Assembly (NCBI GenBank): GCA_963678315.1 | Contig: OY782781.1 | Coordinates: forward strand, 1,280,001-1,344,000 | Length of the DNA: 64,000 nucleotides | Origin: Candidatus Cloacimonadales bacterium | Lineage (GTDB): Bacteria > Cloacimonadota > Cloacimonadia > Cloacimonadales > JAFGVF01 | Direction: 5' to 3' | Shown: in pieces, positions 50,243 through 59,722 of the stretch | How positions within the stretch are numbered: the first letter of the stretch is position 1 | Layout of the letters: the number at the start of each line of letters is the position of its first letter | The notes under the pieces: model-generated | Told to the model about the DNA's origin: nothing | The model's input: only the letters and a program-made list of their open reading frames with translations | The model's database searches: none | Made by a program: the position numbers and the translations under genes

Positions 50243-51985
50243 TTAACCTTTTACGTTAAAGTTATTTATAAATTCTTGTAGGATAGAAGCTCTGGTAGGA
50301 TGTCTTAATTTCTTAAGAGCCTTATCTTCAATCTGTCTAATTCTTTCACGAGTAACATTGAAGATATTACCCACTTCTTCAAGTGTTCTATGGAAGCCAT
50401 CATCAATTCCGAAACGAAGTCTAATAACTCTTTCTTCACGTGGAGTAAGAGTTTGAAGAACCTCATCAACCTGTCTTTTAAGAAGAGATCTTTCAGCAAG
50501 TCTTTCTGGTGAAATAGTTGATTTATCTTCAATGAAATCCCCTAAGATACTATCTTCTGATTCATTACCGATAGGTTTATCGAGAGAAACAGGTTCTTTA
50601 GAAATATTTAGAATAGATTTAACTTTATCAACAGGCATTTCAAGAGCTTGTGCAATTTCTTCTGGGAATGGGTCTCTTCCTAACTTTTGCATTAATCTTC
50701 TTGATGTTCTATTGATTTTATTGATAGATTCAATCATGTGAACAGGAACACGAATAGTTCTTGCTTGGTCTGCAATAGCACGAGTAATAGCCTGTCTAAT
50801 CCACCAAGTAGCATAAGTAGAGAACTTATAACCCTTTTTATAATCATACTTCTCAACAGCTTTCATCAAGCCAGTGTTACCTTCTTGAATTAAATCTAAG
50901 AAGTCTAATCCTCTATTATTGTATCTTTTAGCAATAGAGATAACAAGTCTAACGTTAGCTTCTATCATATCAGATTGAGCTCTTTCTTTAGTCTTTTCAC
51001 CTCTTTCTATTTCTCTAAGTAAGAATACTAATTCATTTGCTGTCATGCGTGTTTCAAGTTCAACACGTCTAATCTTACGTTTAGCATTCTTAATTTTTCT
51101 AAGAGTTTCAATGAATAAGTTAGGGTCTAAATTTGTTTCAACTTTAACTTCATCAAAGTCTTCATCTGATTTCTTAGCTTTTCTGCCATAAGCACAAATT
51201 TCATCAACTGAGTATTTCTTAATGCGAGTAATTTCATTAATAATCTTTTCAGATTCAACAATCCTATCAACTAATGAGCGAACACGATAAACAAGACGTT
51301 TTACAAGTTTATCATTAAACACAAAAGTATTGAATAGTTCAACAATCTTTTCACGATTGCTATCAATCTCTTCTTGGCGAAGAGCCATTCCTGTCTCGTC
51401 AAAATCTGTATTATCTAAAATCTCACCAATGATGTTAAAGCAAGCTTCAATTTCTTTTATACGGCCTTCAAATATTCCTATGACTTCTTCAGGGCGTTTG
51501 TTATCAAGTTCCGTACCAAAATCAATTTTAAATATTTGGTCAATCCTGATTCTCTTTTCTTTGTATCTATGTAAGAAGTTTTGCATTTCACGAAGAGTGG
51601 AGCCAGAATAGAATACATTGTTAGTAATCATTTTATGGTAAGCTTCAATCTTCTTAGCAATACGTATTTCACCTTCTCTATCAAGTAGAGGCACTCTACC
51701 CATTTCTTTAAGATACATTCTTACAGGGTCATCATAGTACTTTCTTGTTTTAAGAGTTTTAGATTTCTTTTCTTTCTTTACTTTTACCTGTGCTTTGCTA
51801 ACTTTCTTTTCAGTTTCATCGATAACTTCGATACCTTCTTGCATGATGTCAAAAAGAATATCATCAATTTTATCAAGAAATACAGGGTTAGAAGGTAGAA
51901 TATTATTTATTTGTTTAAATGTAATGAAACCAGTTTCTTTACCAATCTCTACTAATTTTTTAATACAATCATTATAAGTTAGCAT
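50243..51985 (-). CDS. rpoD: RNA polymerase primary sigma factor
   Basis: [65 protein letters not shown]. Confidence 0.97.
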   Translation of the reverse strand: MLTYNDCIKKLVEIGKETGFITFKQINNILPSNPVFLDKIDDILFDIMQEGIEVIDETEKKVSKAQVKVKKEKKSKTLKTRKYYDDPVRMYLKEMGRVPLLDREGEIRIAKKIEAYHKMITNNVFYSGSTLREMQNFLHRYKEKRIRIDQIFKIDFGTELDNKRPEEVIGIFEGRIKEIEACFNIIGEILDNTDFDETGMALRQEEIDSNREKIVELFNTFVFNDKLVKRLVYRVRSLVDRIVESEKIINEITRIKKYSVDEICAYGRKAKKSDEDFDEVKVETNLDPNLFIETLRKIKNAKRKIRRVELETRMTANELVFLLREIERGEKTKERAQSDMIEANVRLVISIAKRYNNRGLDFLDLIQEGNTGLMKAVEKYDYKKGYKFSTYATWWIRQAITRAIADQARTIRVPVHMIESINKINRTSRRLMQKLGRDPFPEEIAQALEMPVDKVKSILNISKEPVSLDKPIGNESEDSILGDFIEDKSTISPERLAERSLLKRQVDEVLQTLTPREERVIRLRFGIDDGFHRTLEEVGNIFNVTRERIRQIEDKALKKLRHPTRASILQEFINNFNVKG

Positions 51986-51993
51986 CCATTCTC

Positions 51994-53712
51994 CTAAGTT
52001 AATAGATTATTTACAATAGCTATATCCAGTTGCTGGATTTTATTTTTAATATTATTTTTCTCTTTAACCAAATACGTAGTTGCACCTTCCTTGCCGATTT
52101 GCCTGTTAACTTCTTGCAAATCATATTTTAGTTTACGCAACTTTACATCATTAATAATAAGTAGGATATTACGCCCTGGAACTCCCATCAGAATTAGCTC
52201 TGCTGCTTTATTTTTTAAATTCTCGTCTTCAAAAAAATCTATTATTTGGGAATGTGAATCCAAAAATATTAATCCGTTATCTTTTGTCAAAGAAATAAAC
52301 ATCTTTTTATACAAGTCAACAAAAAAGTAATTAGAATTAAGCTCTTTGCAAGAATTTTTTATCTCAGAAGGATTATTTAACAGATATTGAATGAATTCCC
52401 TTTCTTCAATGAATTTTTCTAAAGAGAAATCAGGTTTAACTTTGTCAGTACTTCTTCTTCTTGTTCCTGTCATAGAAGAATAAATTGATCTTTCAGATAT
52501 AGCAAATTCTTCAGCAATCTCTTTTACAAGGAGTTCTTTATCTATTGCATTCTTAATTGTTGCAACTGATTCTGATAGAATCTTAACTTTGTCTTTAGTT
52601 TCTTTAGCAACATAAGAAGTTTCGTGGGCGAACTTTAGAAATGGCAATGCCTCATCTATTAAAGACTGTAAAGAAGCAACTCCTGCTTTGAGGATATAGG
52701 AATCTGGGTCTTCTCCATCTGGCAGCTGAACCACTAATGGTGTTAATCCCATGCTGAGAGCTTTGAGTCCTGCTGATACTGTAGCTTTTCTTCCTGCGGT
52801 ATCTCCATCATAAATAAGATATATATTCTTGCTATATCGACTTAATATAGAGAGTTGCTTTTCAGTTAAAGCTGTTCCTAGAGATGCTACTGAATTTGTA
52901 AAACCTTCTGTGTGGAGTCGTAAGAAATCCATGTATCCTTCACAAACAAGGGCGAAGTTCTTCTTTGAAATATCGTATTTGGTTAAGAATAAACCATAAA
53001 GTTCATTGCCTTTTGTATAGATATCAGTAGTTGGAGAATTAACATACTTCCCTCCAGGCTGATTACTGCTAAGGACTCGCCCTCCAAAAGCAATTATCTG
53101 TCCGCTGTGAGAATGAATAGGGAACATTACTCTATCTTTGAATAGGTCATAATGTCCACGTTGGCTATTCTTCACTAAACCACTATCTTCCATGAGTTTA
53201 ATATCAACATCTTTCTTCTTGAACAGGTTAAATAGAGAGCCTGCACTATTCAGTGCATACCCAATCTCTAATTTATGAGCAAGCTCTTTAGATATTGATC
53301 TATCTTCCAGATACTTGTAAATGTGCTCACCGTGTTCCTTCAGATTATTAACATAGAACTCATTGGCAATTCTATATAGATTTAAGAGCTTAGTTCGTTT
53401 AGATACTACTCTTTTATCGTCAGCAGTTTCTTCAATAGCTATACCAACTCTTTGAGCAAGCTTTCTAACAGCTTCAGGGAAAGTAATTTTTTCGTATTCT
53501 TGCACAAAAGTGAATACATTTCCACCTTTCCCACAAACAAAGCACTTGAATATTTGTTTAACTTCAGAAACCATCATAGAAGGATTTCTGTCTTCATGAA
53601 AAGGGCATAAACCCTTATAATTGGCTCCGCTACGCTTTAAAGGTACATAGGTAGAAATTACATCTACAATATTATTAGCTTCTCGAACTCTATCGATTGT
53701 TTGACTATCCAT
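51994..53712 (-). CDS. dnaG: DNA primase
   Basis: [10 protein letters not shown]...CFVC zinc finger, KYVNSP, CEGYMD, YDGDTAG, DPD. Confidence 0.97.
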   Translation of the reverse strand: MDSQTIDRVREANNIVDVISTYVPLKRSGANYKGLCPFHEDRNPSMMVSEVKQIFKCFVCGKGGNVFTFVQEYEKITFPEAVRKLAQRVGIAIEETADDKRVVSKRTKLLNLYRIANEFYVNNLKEHGEHIYKYLEDRSISKELAHKLEIGYALNSAGSLFNLFKKKDVDIKLMEDSGLVKNSQRGHYDLFKDRVMFPIHSHSGQIIAFGGRVLSSNQPGGKYVNSPTTDIYTKGNELYGLFLTKYDISKKNFALVCEGYMDFLRLHTEGFTNSVASLGTALTEKQLSILSRYSKNIYLIYDGDTAGRKATVSAGLKALSMGLTPLVVQLPDGEDPDSYILKAGVASLQSLIDEALPFLKFAHETSYVAKETKDKVKILSESVATIKNAIDKELLVKEIAEEFAISERSIYSSMTGTRRRSTDKVKPDFSLEKFIEEREFIQYLLNNPSEIKNSCKELNSNYFFVDLYKKMFISLTKDNGLIFLDSHSQIIDFFEDENLKNKAAELILMGVPGRNILLIINDVKLRKLKYDLQEVNRQIGKEGATTYLVKEKNNIKNKIQQLDIAIVNNLLT

Positions 53713-53718
53713 TCAAGC

Positions 53719-56073
53719 CTAATCCTTGAGCTCTACGATGGTAACACCGCTTCCCCCAGCATTTTCTGGTGGGGTATAGAATGTCTTTACACATTTGATT
53801 CTTTGTAGATGTTGACGAACTTTCTGGCGTAATGCACCTGTTCCTTTACCATGAACAATTCTCAATTTCTTTAAACCTGCTATATTAGCATTATCTATAA
53901 AGTCATTAACTTCAATTCTTGCTTCATCGAAAGTAAAGCCTAAAATCTTTAACTCAAATGTAGATTGAGGTGTTACTGATTGTGATACAATTACTTTAGG
54001 AGAGTCTTTCTTTGCTGTTTCTTTCTTTTTATCTAGATAAGAAATGTTATCTAACTTGGTTTTGAATGTAATTCCATCCATATCCACAATTACATTTTTA
54101 CCATTGATTTCAGCAATAGTTGCTTGTGTCTCGAAAGAAATAACCCAGACTTTCATCCCTACTTTGGGACTAGAAATATTCCTAGTTTTTGCTCCAGAAA
54201 GCTCATTTGTTCTATCAGTAATCTCACGGTGTTTTGCTGACAATCTTTGAAGTGCTTTTTGGTTTTGTTCTTTACGTTCTTTTTTATCCAATTTTTTAAT
54301 ATGGTCAAGGTCATTGTTAAGTTCTTTCTGCATATCAATAAGATAACGTTGAGCCTCTTCTAAATGTTTCTTTTTAATAGCTTTAGCTTCATCTTCTAGC
54401 TCTTTAATCTTCTTCTTGTACTCTTCTTCTCGACCTTTAAGTAAAGCTACCTGTAATTGATGCTTATAAGTCACCTGACCCAAGTTTTTCTTTTCTTCTT
54501 CTAGCTTCTTAATTAAGGAAGTTAGTTCAATATTTTGAGTTCCAGCTAGCTCTTTGGCTCTTTCAATTATATCAACTTTTAATCCAAGTCCATCCGCAAC
54601 ATCAATTGCGAAGGAGTCTCCTGGCAATCCGAATACAAATCTGTAGGTTGGCTTGTGTTCTTTAGAATCAAACTGCATAGAAGCATTTCTACATGACTTA
54701 TGTTTTTCTGCGAAGACCTTAAGAGCTGTAAAGTGGGTTGTAATGATACCCTTAGAACCAGCTTTAACTAACTCTTCTAAAACAGCTTGAGCTAGTGCTG
54801 ACCCTTGTTCTGGATCTGTTGAAGAACCTATCTCATCAATGAGAACGAGTGTCTTATTATTAGCACATTCTACCATATTTTTGATATTAGTGATATGAGA
54901 AGCAAAGGTAGAGAGTGAATTCTCAATTGATTGCTCATCACCAATATCTGCAACTATATTTTGGAATAAACCAATCTTAGATTCTTTATCTGCAGGAATA
55001 GGTAAGCCTGATAGTGCCATTATTGTTACTAGTCCCGTAGACTTCAAAGTAACTGTTTTACCACCAGTATTTGGTCCTGAAAGAATCAGCATGTTGTAAT
55101 CCTCTCCCATCTCAAGATGATAAGGAATAACTTTTTCTACACTCTGTAATTGATGAATAAGCAGAGGATGTCTGACCTCTTTCAATTCTAAGATCGCTTC
55201 CTTGACTAATTCAACTCTATTTGCTTTTAAATAGTTAGCAAAAGAAGCATTACTATAGAAGAAATCAAATTTACCTATCAATTCTGTATTTTTAATTAGA
55301 AGCTTTTTCAAAGGAAGAATCATATCTGTAAAGCTTTTAAAAATACGGAATATTTCCTCTTTCTCTGATTGCTTTAACATAGAAATCTTGTTATTCATTT
55401 CAACAATTTCAGGTGGCTCTATATAAATTGAGGAACCACTTGAAGACCTTTCTTGAATAACACCTCCAACGAATTTAGCTTTTCCTTCCTTGATTGGTAT
55501 CACATAACGGTCACCACGTGTTGTGATGATTTTTTCTTGAACAAATTTCTCAAACTTAGCATCATTTAACTTGCTGTTCAAGGTTCTTTGGATACCTGCT
55601 CTGGTATCTCTTTTACTTCTTCTTAATCTTTGTAATTCTTTAGAAGCTGTATCTAAAATATCTCCATCAGGGGAGAATATTGCATCGTATCTTGCTGAGA
55701 TTTCAGGTAGAGCTTCTAATCTATTGAACTTATCTTTAATTAGCTTATAACCTTCAATATCTTTTAGTCTTTCTGCTAACTTATTTCCAATTCTGACATT
55801 AGCTATTACTAACTGAAACTCTTCGAAACTCATTACCGTAGATTTAAATTCTTTAAAAAATCCATTTAGATCAGTAAGTCCATCTAAATTTATACTTAGA
55901 CCTTCTTTCAATATCGATTGAAACTCACTGATTAGCTCTACTCGCGATGTAATATCTTGCAGATTCTTCATCGGAGTCATTGAATCTATTTTATCTTTAC
56001 CTAAATCTGTAAAAGCTCTCTCTTTAATTAATTCTTTTATTTTATTAAATTCTAATTTTTCAAACGAAAACAT
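53719..56073 (-). CDS. mutS2: MutS2 with Smr domain
   Basis: SGPNTGGKT, DIGDEQSIENSLSTFASH, DEIGSSTDP, IVHGKGTGAL. Confidence 0.95.
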   Translation of the reverse strand: MFSFEKLEFNKIKELIKERAFTDLGKDKIDSMTPMKNLQDITSRVELISEFQSILKEGLSINLDGLTDLNGFFKEFKSTVMSFEEFQLVIANVRIGNKLAERLKDIEGYKLIKDKFNRLEALPEISARYDAIFSPDGDILDTASKELQRLRRSKRDTRAGIQRTLNSKLNDAKFEKFVQEKIITTRGDRYVIPIKEGKAKFVGGVIQERSSSGSSIYIEPPEIVEMNNKISMLKQSEKEEIFRIFKSFTDMILPLKKLLIKNTELIGKFDFFYSNASFANYLKANRVELVKEAILELKEVRHPLLIHQLQSVEKVIPYHLEMGEDYNMLILSGPNTGGKTVTLKSTGLVTIMALSGLPIPADKESKIGLFQNIVADIGDEQSIENSLSTFASHITNIKNMVECANNKTLVLIDEIGSSTDPEQGSALAQAVLEELVKAGSKGIITTHFTALKVFAEKHKSCRNASMQFDSKEHKPTYRFVFGLPGDSFAIDVADGLGLKVDIIERAKELAGTQNIELTSLIKKLEEEKKNLGQVTYKHQLQVALLKGREEEYKKKIKELEDEAKAIKKKHLEEAQRYLIDMQKELNNDLDHIKKLDKKERKEQNQKALQRLSAKHREITDRTNELSGAKTRNISSPKVGMKVWVISFETQATIAEINGKNVIVDMDGITFKTKLDNISYLDKKKETAKKDSPKVIVSQSVTPQSTFELKILGFTFDEARIEVNDFIDNANIAGLKKLRIVHGKGTGALRQKVRQHLQRIKCVKTFYTPPENAGGSGVTIVELKD

Positions 56074-56074
56074 C

Positions 56075-56611
56075 TTAATCTATTTCAATCTCCATTCTTT
56101 CTCTTTCTTGTTTTAACATCTTTTTTAAGTACCCGTATATATCAATACCCATTTTCTGACTAATAATTTTATTGTTTACTTCATTGCTAATATGGCAAAC
56201 CTTAGACCTTTCAATAATTTTCTCCATAGGCTCATATTGAGCTATCTCATTGAACATTAAGAGAAACATTATTAAGAAATTTGCAGTCAATAATCCAAAA
56301 ATACCACCGAAGATTCTATTGGCTAAACTTAATGAAAGTGTATCAGCCATGATATGTAAAAGTTTCTTGATTATTCCAACTGCAAGACAAATAATTATGA
56401 GCTGTGCTAAAATTGAAAAGATAAGACTCCACGTGTCAGAACTTCCAATCTTATCATGTATCATTGCACTTATTACGCTGGTGTAATTTGTTAGAGAAAT
56501 ATAGATAGCTATTCCTGAAACAAAACCCATAATTGCACTAATTAGACCTTTGTATAATCCCATACCTGTAAAAACTAATATAACCACAATCAATACAACA
56601 TCAAGAGCCAT
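56075..56611 (-). CDS. cvpA: CvpA family (colicin V production) membrane protein
   Basis: LDVVLIV..GLYKGLI, LSLANRIFGGIFG. ATG 56611 follows AAGGAG. Confidence 0.8.
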   Translation of the reverse strand: MALDVVLIVVILVFTGMGLYKGLISAIMGFVSGIAIYISLTNYTSVISAMIHDKIGSSDTWSLIFSILAQLIIICLAVGIIKKLLHIMADTLSLSLANRIFGGIFGLLTANFLIMFLLMFNEIAQYEPMEKIIERSKVCHISNEVNNKIISQKMGIDIYGYLKKMLKQERERMEIEID

Positions 56612-56654
56612 GTTAATCTCCTTCTTAATCAAATATTACAATAAGGCCTAAATA

Positions 56655-57048
56655 TTCAGCCTATAGCTATATTTAACCCAAACAATGCACTAGGACTTAA
56701 AAAATAGCACTATATTATTCCTGTGAGGGCGTAGCTTTAGCGAAGACTCATGGCAAGAATAACTTCCATAATCTCAACTAGAATATATATTATTCAAGCT
56801 TCGATTCTGTAAGATATTTTGCTGAAAGAATCTGCACTATTTTGTCAAACCTAATGCATCATCTGGATTTAATTAAACGTATTTTAATATTTTACATTAC
56901 AAATTCTAACAAATTCTAGTCAATATATTTCTTTTATTAAAAGAAAGATTAACTCTGATTAACCTGACCCTTACTTGCCTCATTGAAAAAAAGCCGATTT
57001 TTCAAGGAGACCATTAAGGGTGAAGGGATAAAAGAGGTGTAAGGGATA
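56655..57048. repeat. Intergenic mosaic D of REP-like modules
   Basis: 56969-57009 identical to 17642-17682. TTCAGCCTAT...AACAATGCACTAGGA matches 16172-16215. GCGTAGCTTTAGCGAAG hairpin near 56729. Confidence 0.7.
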
Positions 57049-57084
57049 ATATTATTTAGTAAATAGATGGCAACTTTTAGCAAT

Positions 57085-57117
57085 AAAAAAAGAGTCTTGA
57101 AATTTTCAAGACTCTTT
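57085..57117 (-). terminator. Rho-independent terminator of rpsU
   Basis: AAAGAGTCTTGAAA / TTTCAAGACTCTTT stem with an A-run on the plus strand. Confidence 0.8.
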
Positions 57118-57156
57118 AGTATTATCAAATATTATAAAATAAATTCTATTAAAAAA

Positions 57157-57363
57157 CTATCTGTTATATTTCTTTAGCTTACGCATAGCTTTAATCATCT
57201 TACGTTTAGCAACATTAGCTTCGCGTTTTTTCTTAACAGAAGGTTTTTCGTAGTACTGATTCTTTTTAATATCAGATAAGATAGCAGCTTTTTCACATCT
57301 TTTCTTGAAGCGTTTTAACAGAATATCAAACGGTTCGTTATCTTTTCCAACTACTTTAGGCAT
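57157..57363 (-). CDS. rpsU: 30S ribosomal protein S21
   Basis: EPFDILLKRFKK, YYEKPSVKKKR. Confidence 0.95.
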   Translation of the reverse strand: MPKVVGKDNEPFDILLKRFKKRCEKAAILSDIKKNQYYEKPSVKKKREANVAKRKMIKAMRKLKKYNR

Positions 57364-57461
57364 TGTTTCTCACCCCCTTCTTTCTAAGATTTTATATAGA
57401 TTTTCATAAAATCCAAATAAGGGTCTATGTGTCAAGAAAAAAGTTCTATAGATGTATAATC

Positions 57462-58109
57462 TTATGTGTTTTTTATCTTTAGAAAGTTATCAATAAATAA
57501 TGTGAAGTCTTGTATAAAGATTCTACAATCTTTTACATAATGGTAAGATATTTCATGTTTTTCAATAGACTTAGAATCGTAGTTGTGAACTATATCATTT
57601 CTTTTTTTATTGTATTCATTGAATTTGTTTTGAAAAGTTGAGAAATCATCTTTTATATGCTTTCTTAACTCAGCTTTGAACTCGTTGCGGTCTACGATAT
57701 AAGAAAGTACTTTAATAATTTTATCATACTTTTGATAAGATTTGTATCTTATTGAATCATATATAGCATGTGAAAGCCAATTATGATTGCTAGTATCAGT
57801 AAAATGATCAAGAACATATTTAATTGAGATTGTGAAATCCATCAAGTTCTTATCAGAACTTAATTCCCTATCATTATTGAAAATTTCAACAACACATAAC
57901 TTAAATTTATCTGAAATATATTTATCCAACGCTGAAAAAAGTAAAACTATTGCAAAACTAAATTTGTCTTGGTCATTTGATTTTTCTAACTCTTCTACTC
58001 TTTGGCAGATGCTATCGAAATTTTCTTTAATTTTCTGGTGTGTGTTTGAATCACTTAGTTTAGTTTTCTTCTGCTCTAAATTCCTACTTCTTCTTTGGAA
58101 TGAACTCAT
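57462..58109 (-). CDS. HEPN-domain protein (RiboL-PSP-HEPN-like), predicted RNase
   Basis: AIVLLFSALDKYI helix, SYQ, and R-x4-H motif RNDIVH near the C-terminus. Confidence 0.7.
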   Translation of the reverse strand: MSSFQRRSRNLEQKKTKLSDSNTHQKIKENFDSICQRVEELEKSNDQDKFSFAIVLLFSALDKYISDKFKLCVVEIFNNDRELSSDKNLMDFTISIKYVLDHFTDTSNHNWLSHAIYDSIRYKSYQKYDKIIKVLSYIVDRNEFKAELRKHIKDDFSTFQNKFNEYNKKRNDIVHNYDSKSIEKHEISYHYVKDCRIFIQDFTLFIDNFLKIKNT

Positions 58110-59406
58110 TATGAACCTCTTTTAAGTAACTATCAATATTGGACCTATTATTGTGTTGGTCATGAATCAATACATCATTCAGGTTAGGTACTGCACCATA
58201 ACGGCCTTTCAAATAACCTAAGCGAGCGTTTTCTTCAGATCTGACTCCTTTGACGTCAAAAAGAGAATAATATTCTGAGTATCCATGATTTCTATCAACT
58301 AAATAGATCTGGTCTCGTCTAAAAAGGTTCAAATTAAGCATCTCTGTATTGTGGGTTGTAAATAGAAGCTGGGATCTATTTTTAGTAAATTCATTTTGAA
58401 AAATATCAATAATATATCTTAATAAAAGAGGATGAAGACTTAGATCTAATTCATCTATAATGAGGATATTACCCTTTTGTTCAAAAGAAAAGATTATCTC
58501 AGTAATCTCTTCTAAAAAGCTATGTGTGCCAGCTGACTCTTCTGTATTATAATCGAAATAAGTTTGAATTGCTTTACCCTCTTTATCAATTATTTCATGT
58601 AGGGTTTGAACTTTATAACTAATAGCAGAAAGTCCCTCATCTTGCTTATTAAAATAGACTTCATTATAGTTCATGAAGGTCTCTTTACTAAGGATGATTT
58701 TTTCAATTTCAAAGTCAATAATGTCGAAATCAAACTTCTTTAAAAGGTCAAGAATTAATCTTTTAAACTTAACATCATTCAAAAGTCTTTCCCAAATTTT
58801 GTTTTTGGGTTTTCTTCTGTTTACCTGCAAAGAAAAATTAAGATTATTGCTAATATAATCAAAAGCTTCTTTAACTAATTGATAATTGAATTCAGAGGCA
58901 ACAGAAATAAAAGGTCTGTTTGGTCTAGTTCTATCCAGAAGTGTCTTTAATTCTTTGTTTTTAGATGGCTTAACAATACTTTGCTGATTCCGTTCAAATA
59001 TTGTTCTTTTTGAACCGTTTGGATAATAGTAAAGCTCTTCCTTTGAAATATATTGATTATTATAAGAAATGAAATATTCGTAAACAGTTTTATTTACTAG
59101 GTATCTTAGTCTAAAAGATGTGTCATGATTATTGTTATAATATTTATTAGGGGAATAAGGTATCGTATTGTTGATATGGGGTCTGAACTTTACAACAATA
59201 TTATAGAAAGCTCTCATAGCAGATAGCATATTTGTTTTGCCACTACCATTTTTTCCATAAAGTGAAATAATCGGTAAAAGTTTCACATCTTTGAAATTTA
59301 TATCTACTAGATTATCATTGTGTTCATTGATTGGACCAGCGATAAAAGATATAGTTTGCCTATCTTTTATTGACTTAAAGTTGACTACAGAAAAATCAAT
59401 AATCAT
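58084..59406 (-). CDS. AAA_21 / AbiEii-like (RloA/AbiLi-type) ABC-class ATPase
   Basis: MIIDFSVVNFKSI, YGKNGSGKTN, ESAGT, LIIDELDLSLHP, QLLFTTH, RRDQIY, YLKGRYGAVP. ATG 59406 follows GGAG. Confidence 0.85.
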   Translation of the reverse strand: MIIDFSVVNFKSIKDRQTISFIAGPINEHNDNLVDINFKDVKLLPIISLYGKNGSGKTNMLSAMRAFYNIVVKFRPHINNTIPYSPNKYYNNNHDTSFRLRYLVNKTVYEYFISYNNQYISKEELYYYPNGSKRTIFERNQQSIVKPSKNKELKTLLDRTRPNRPFISVASEFNYQLVKEAFDYISNNLNFSLQVNRRKPKNKIWERLLNDVKFKRLILDLLKKFDFDIIDFEIEKIILSKETFMNYNEVYFNKQDEGLSAISYKVQTLHEIIDKEGKAIQTYFDYNTEESAGTHSFLEEITEIIFSFEQKGNILIIDELDLSLHPLLLRYIIDIFQNEFTKNRSQLLFTTHNTEMLNLNLFRRDQIYLVDRNHGYSEYYSLFDVKGVRSEENARLGYLKGRYGAVPNLNDVLIHDQHNNRSNIDSYLKEVHNEFIPKKK

Positions 59407-59722
59407 AATTAACTCCTTTTGGAAACAAATTATATATAATTTGCAAAATGTCAACAAATATGAAGAATATTTTATTATTTATCTTGCTTAAATATAGTAA
59501 AATTGCAGATAATCCGAATATTAAGAAGAATAAAGTATGATTAAGAATAATATCTTGTTGTTCTCAAATGCATAAATTGGTCTCTGAAGTGATAAAAAAC
59601 ATAGTTGAAATAACGCCTTTTTTATAGCTTCTAATATTATGAAATTGATATAGTTAACTCTTAATATTTATATTGACATTACAAAAGTAATTGCTAAATT
59701 TTGATAGGAAGTTGGAGGATGT

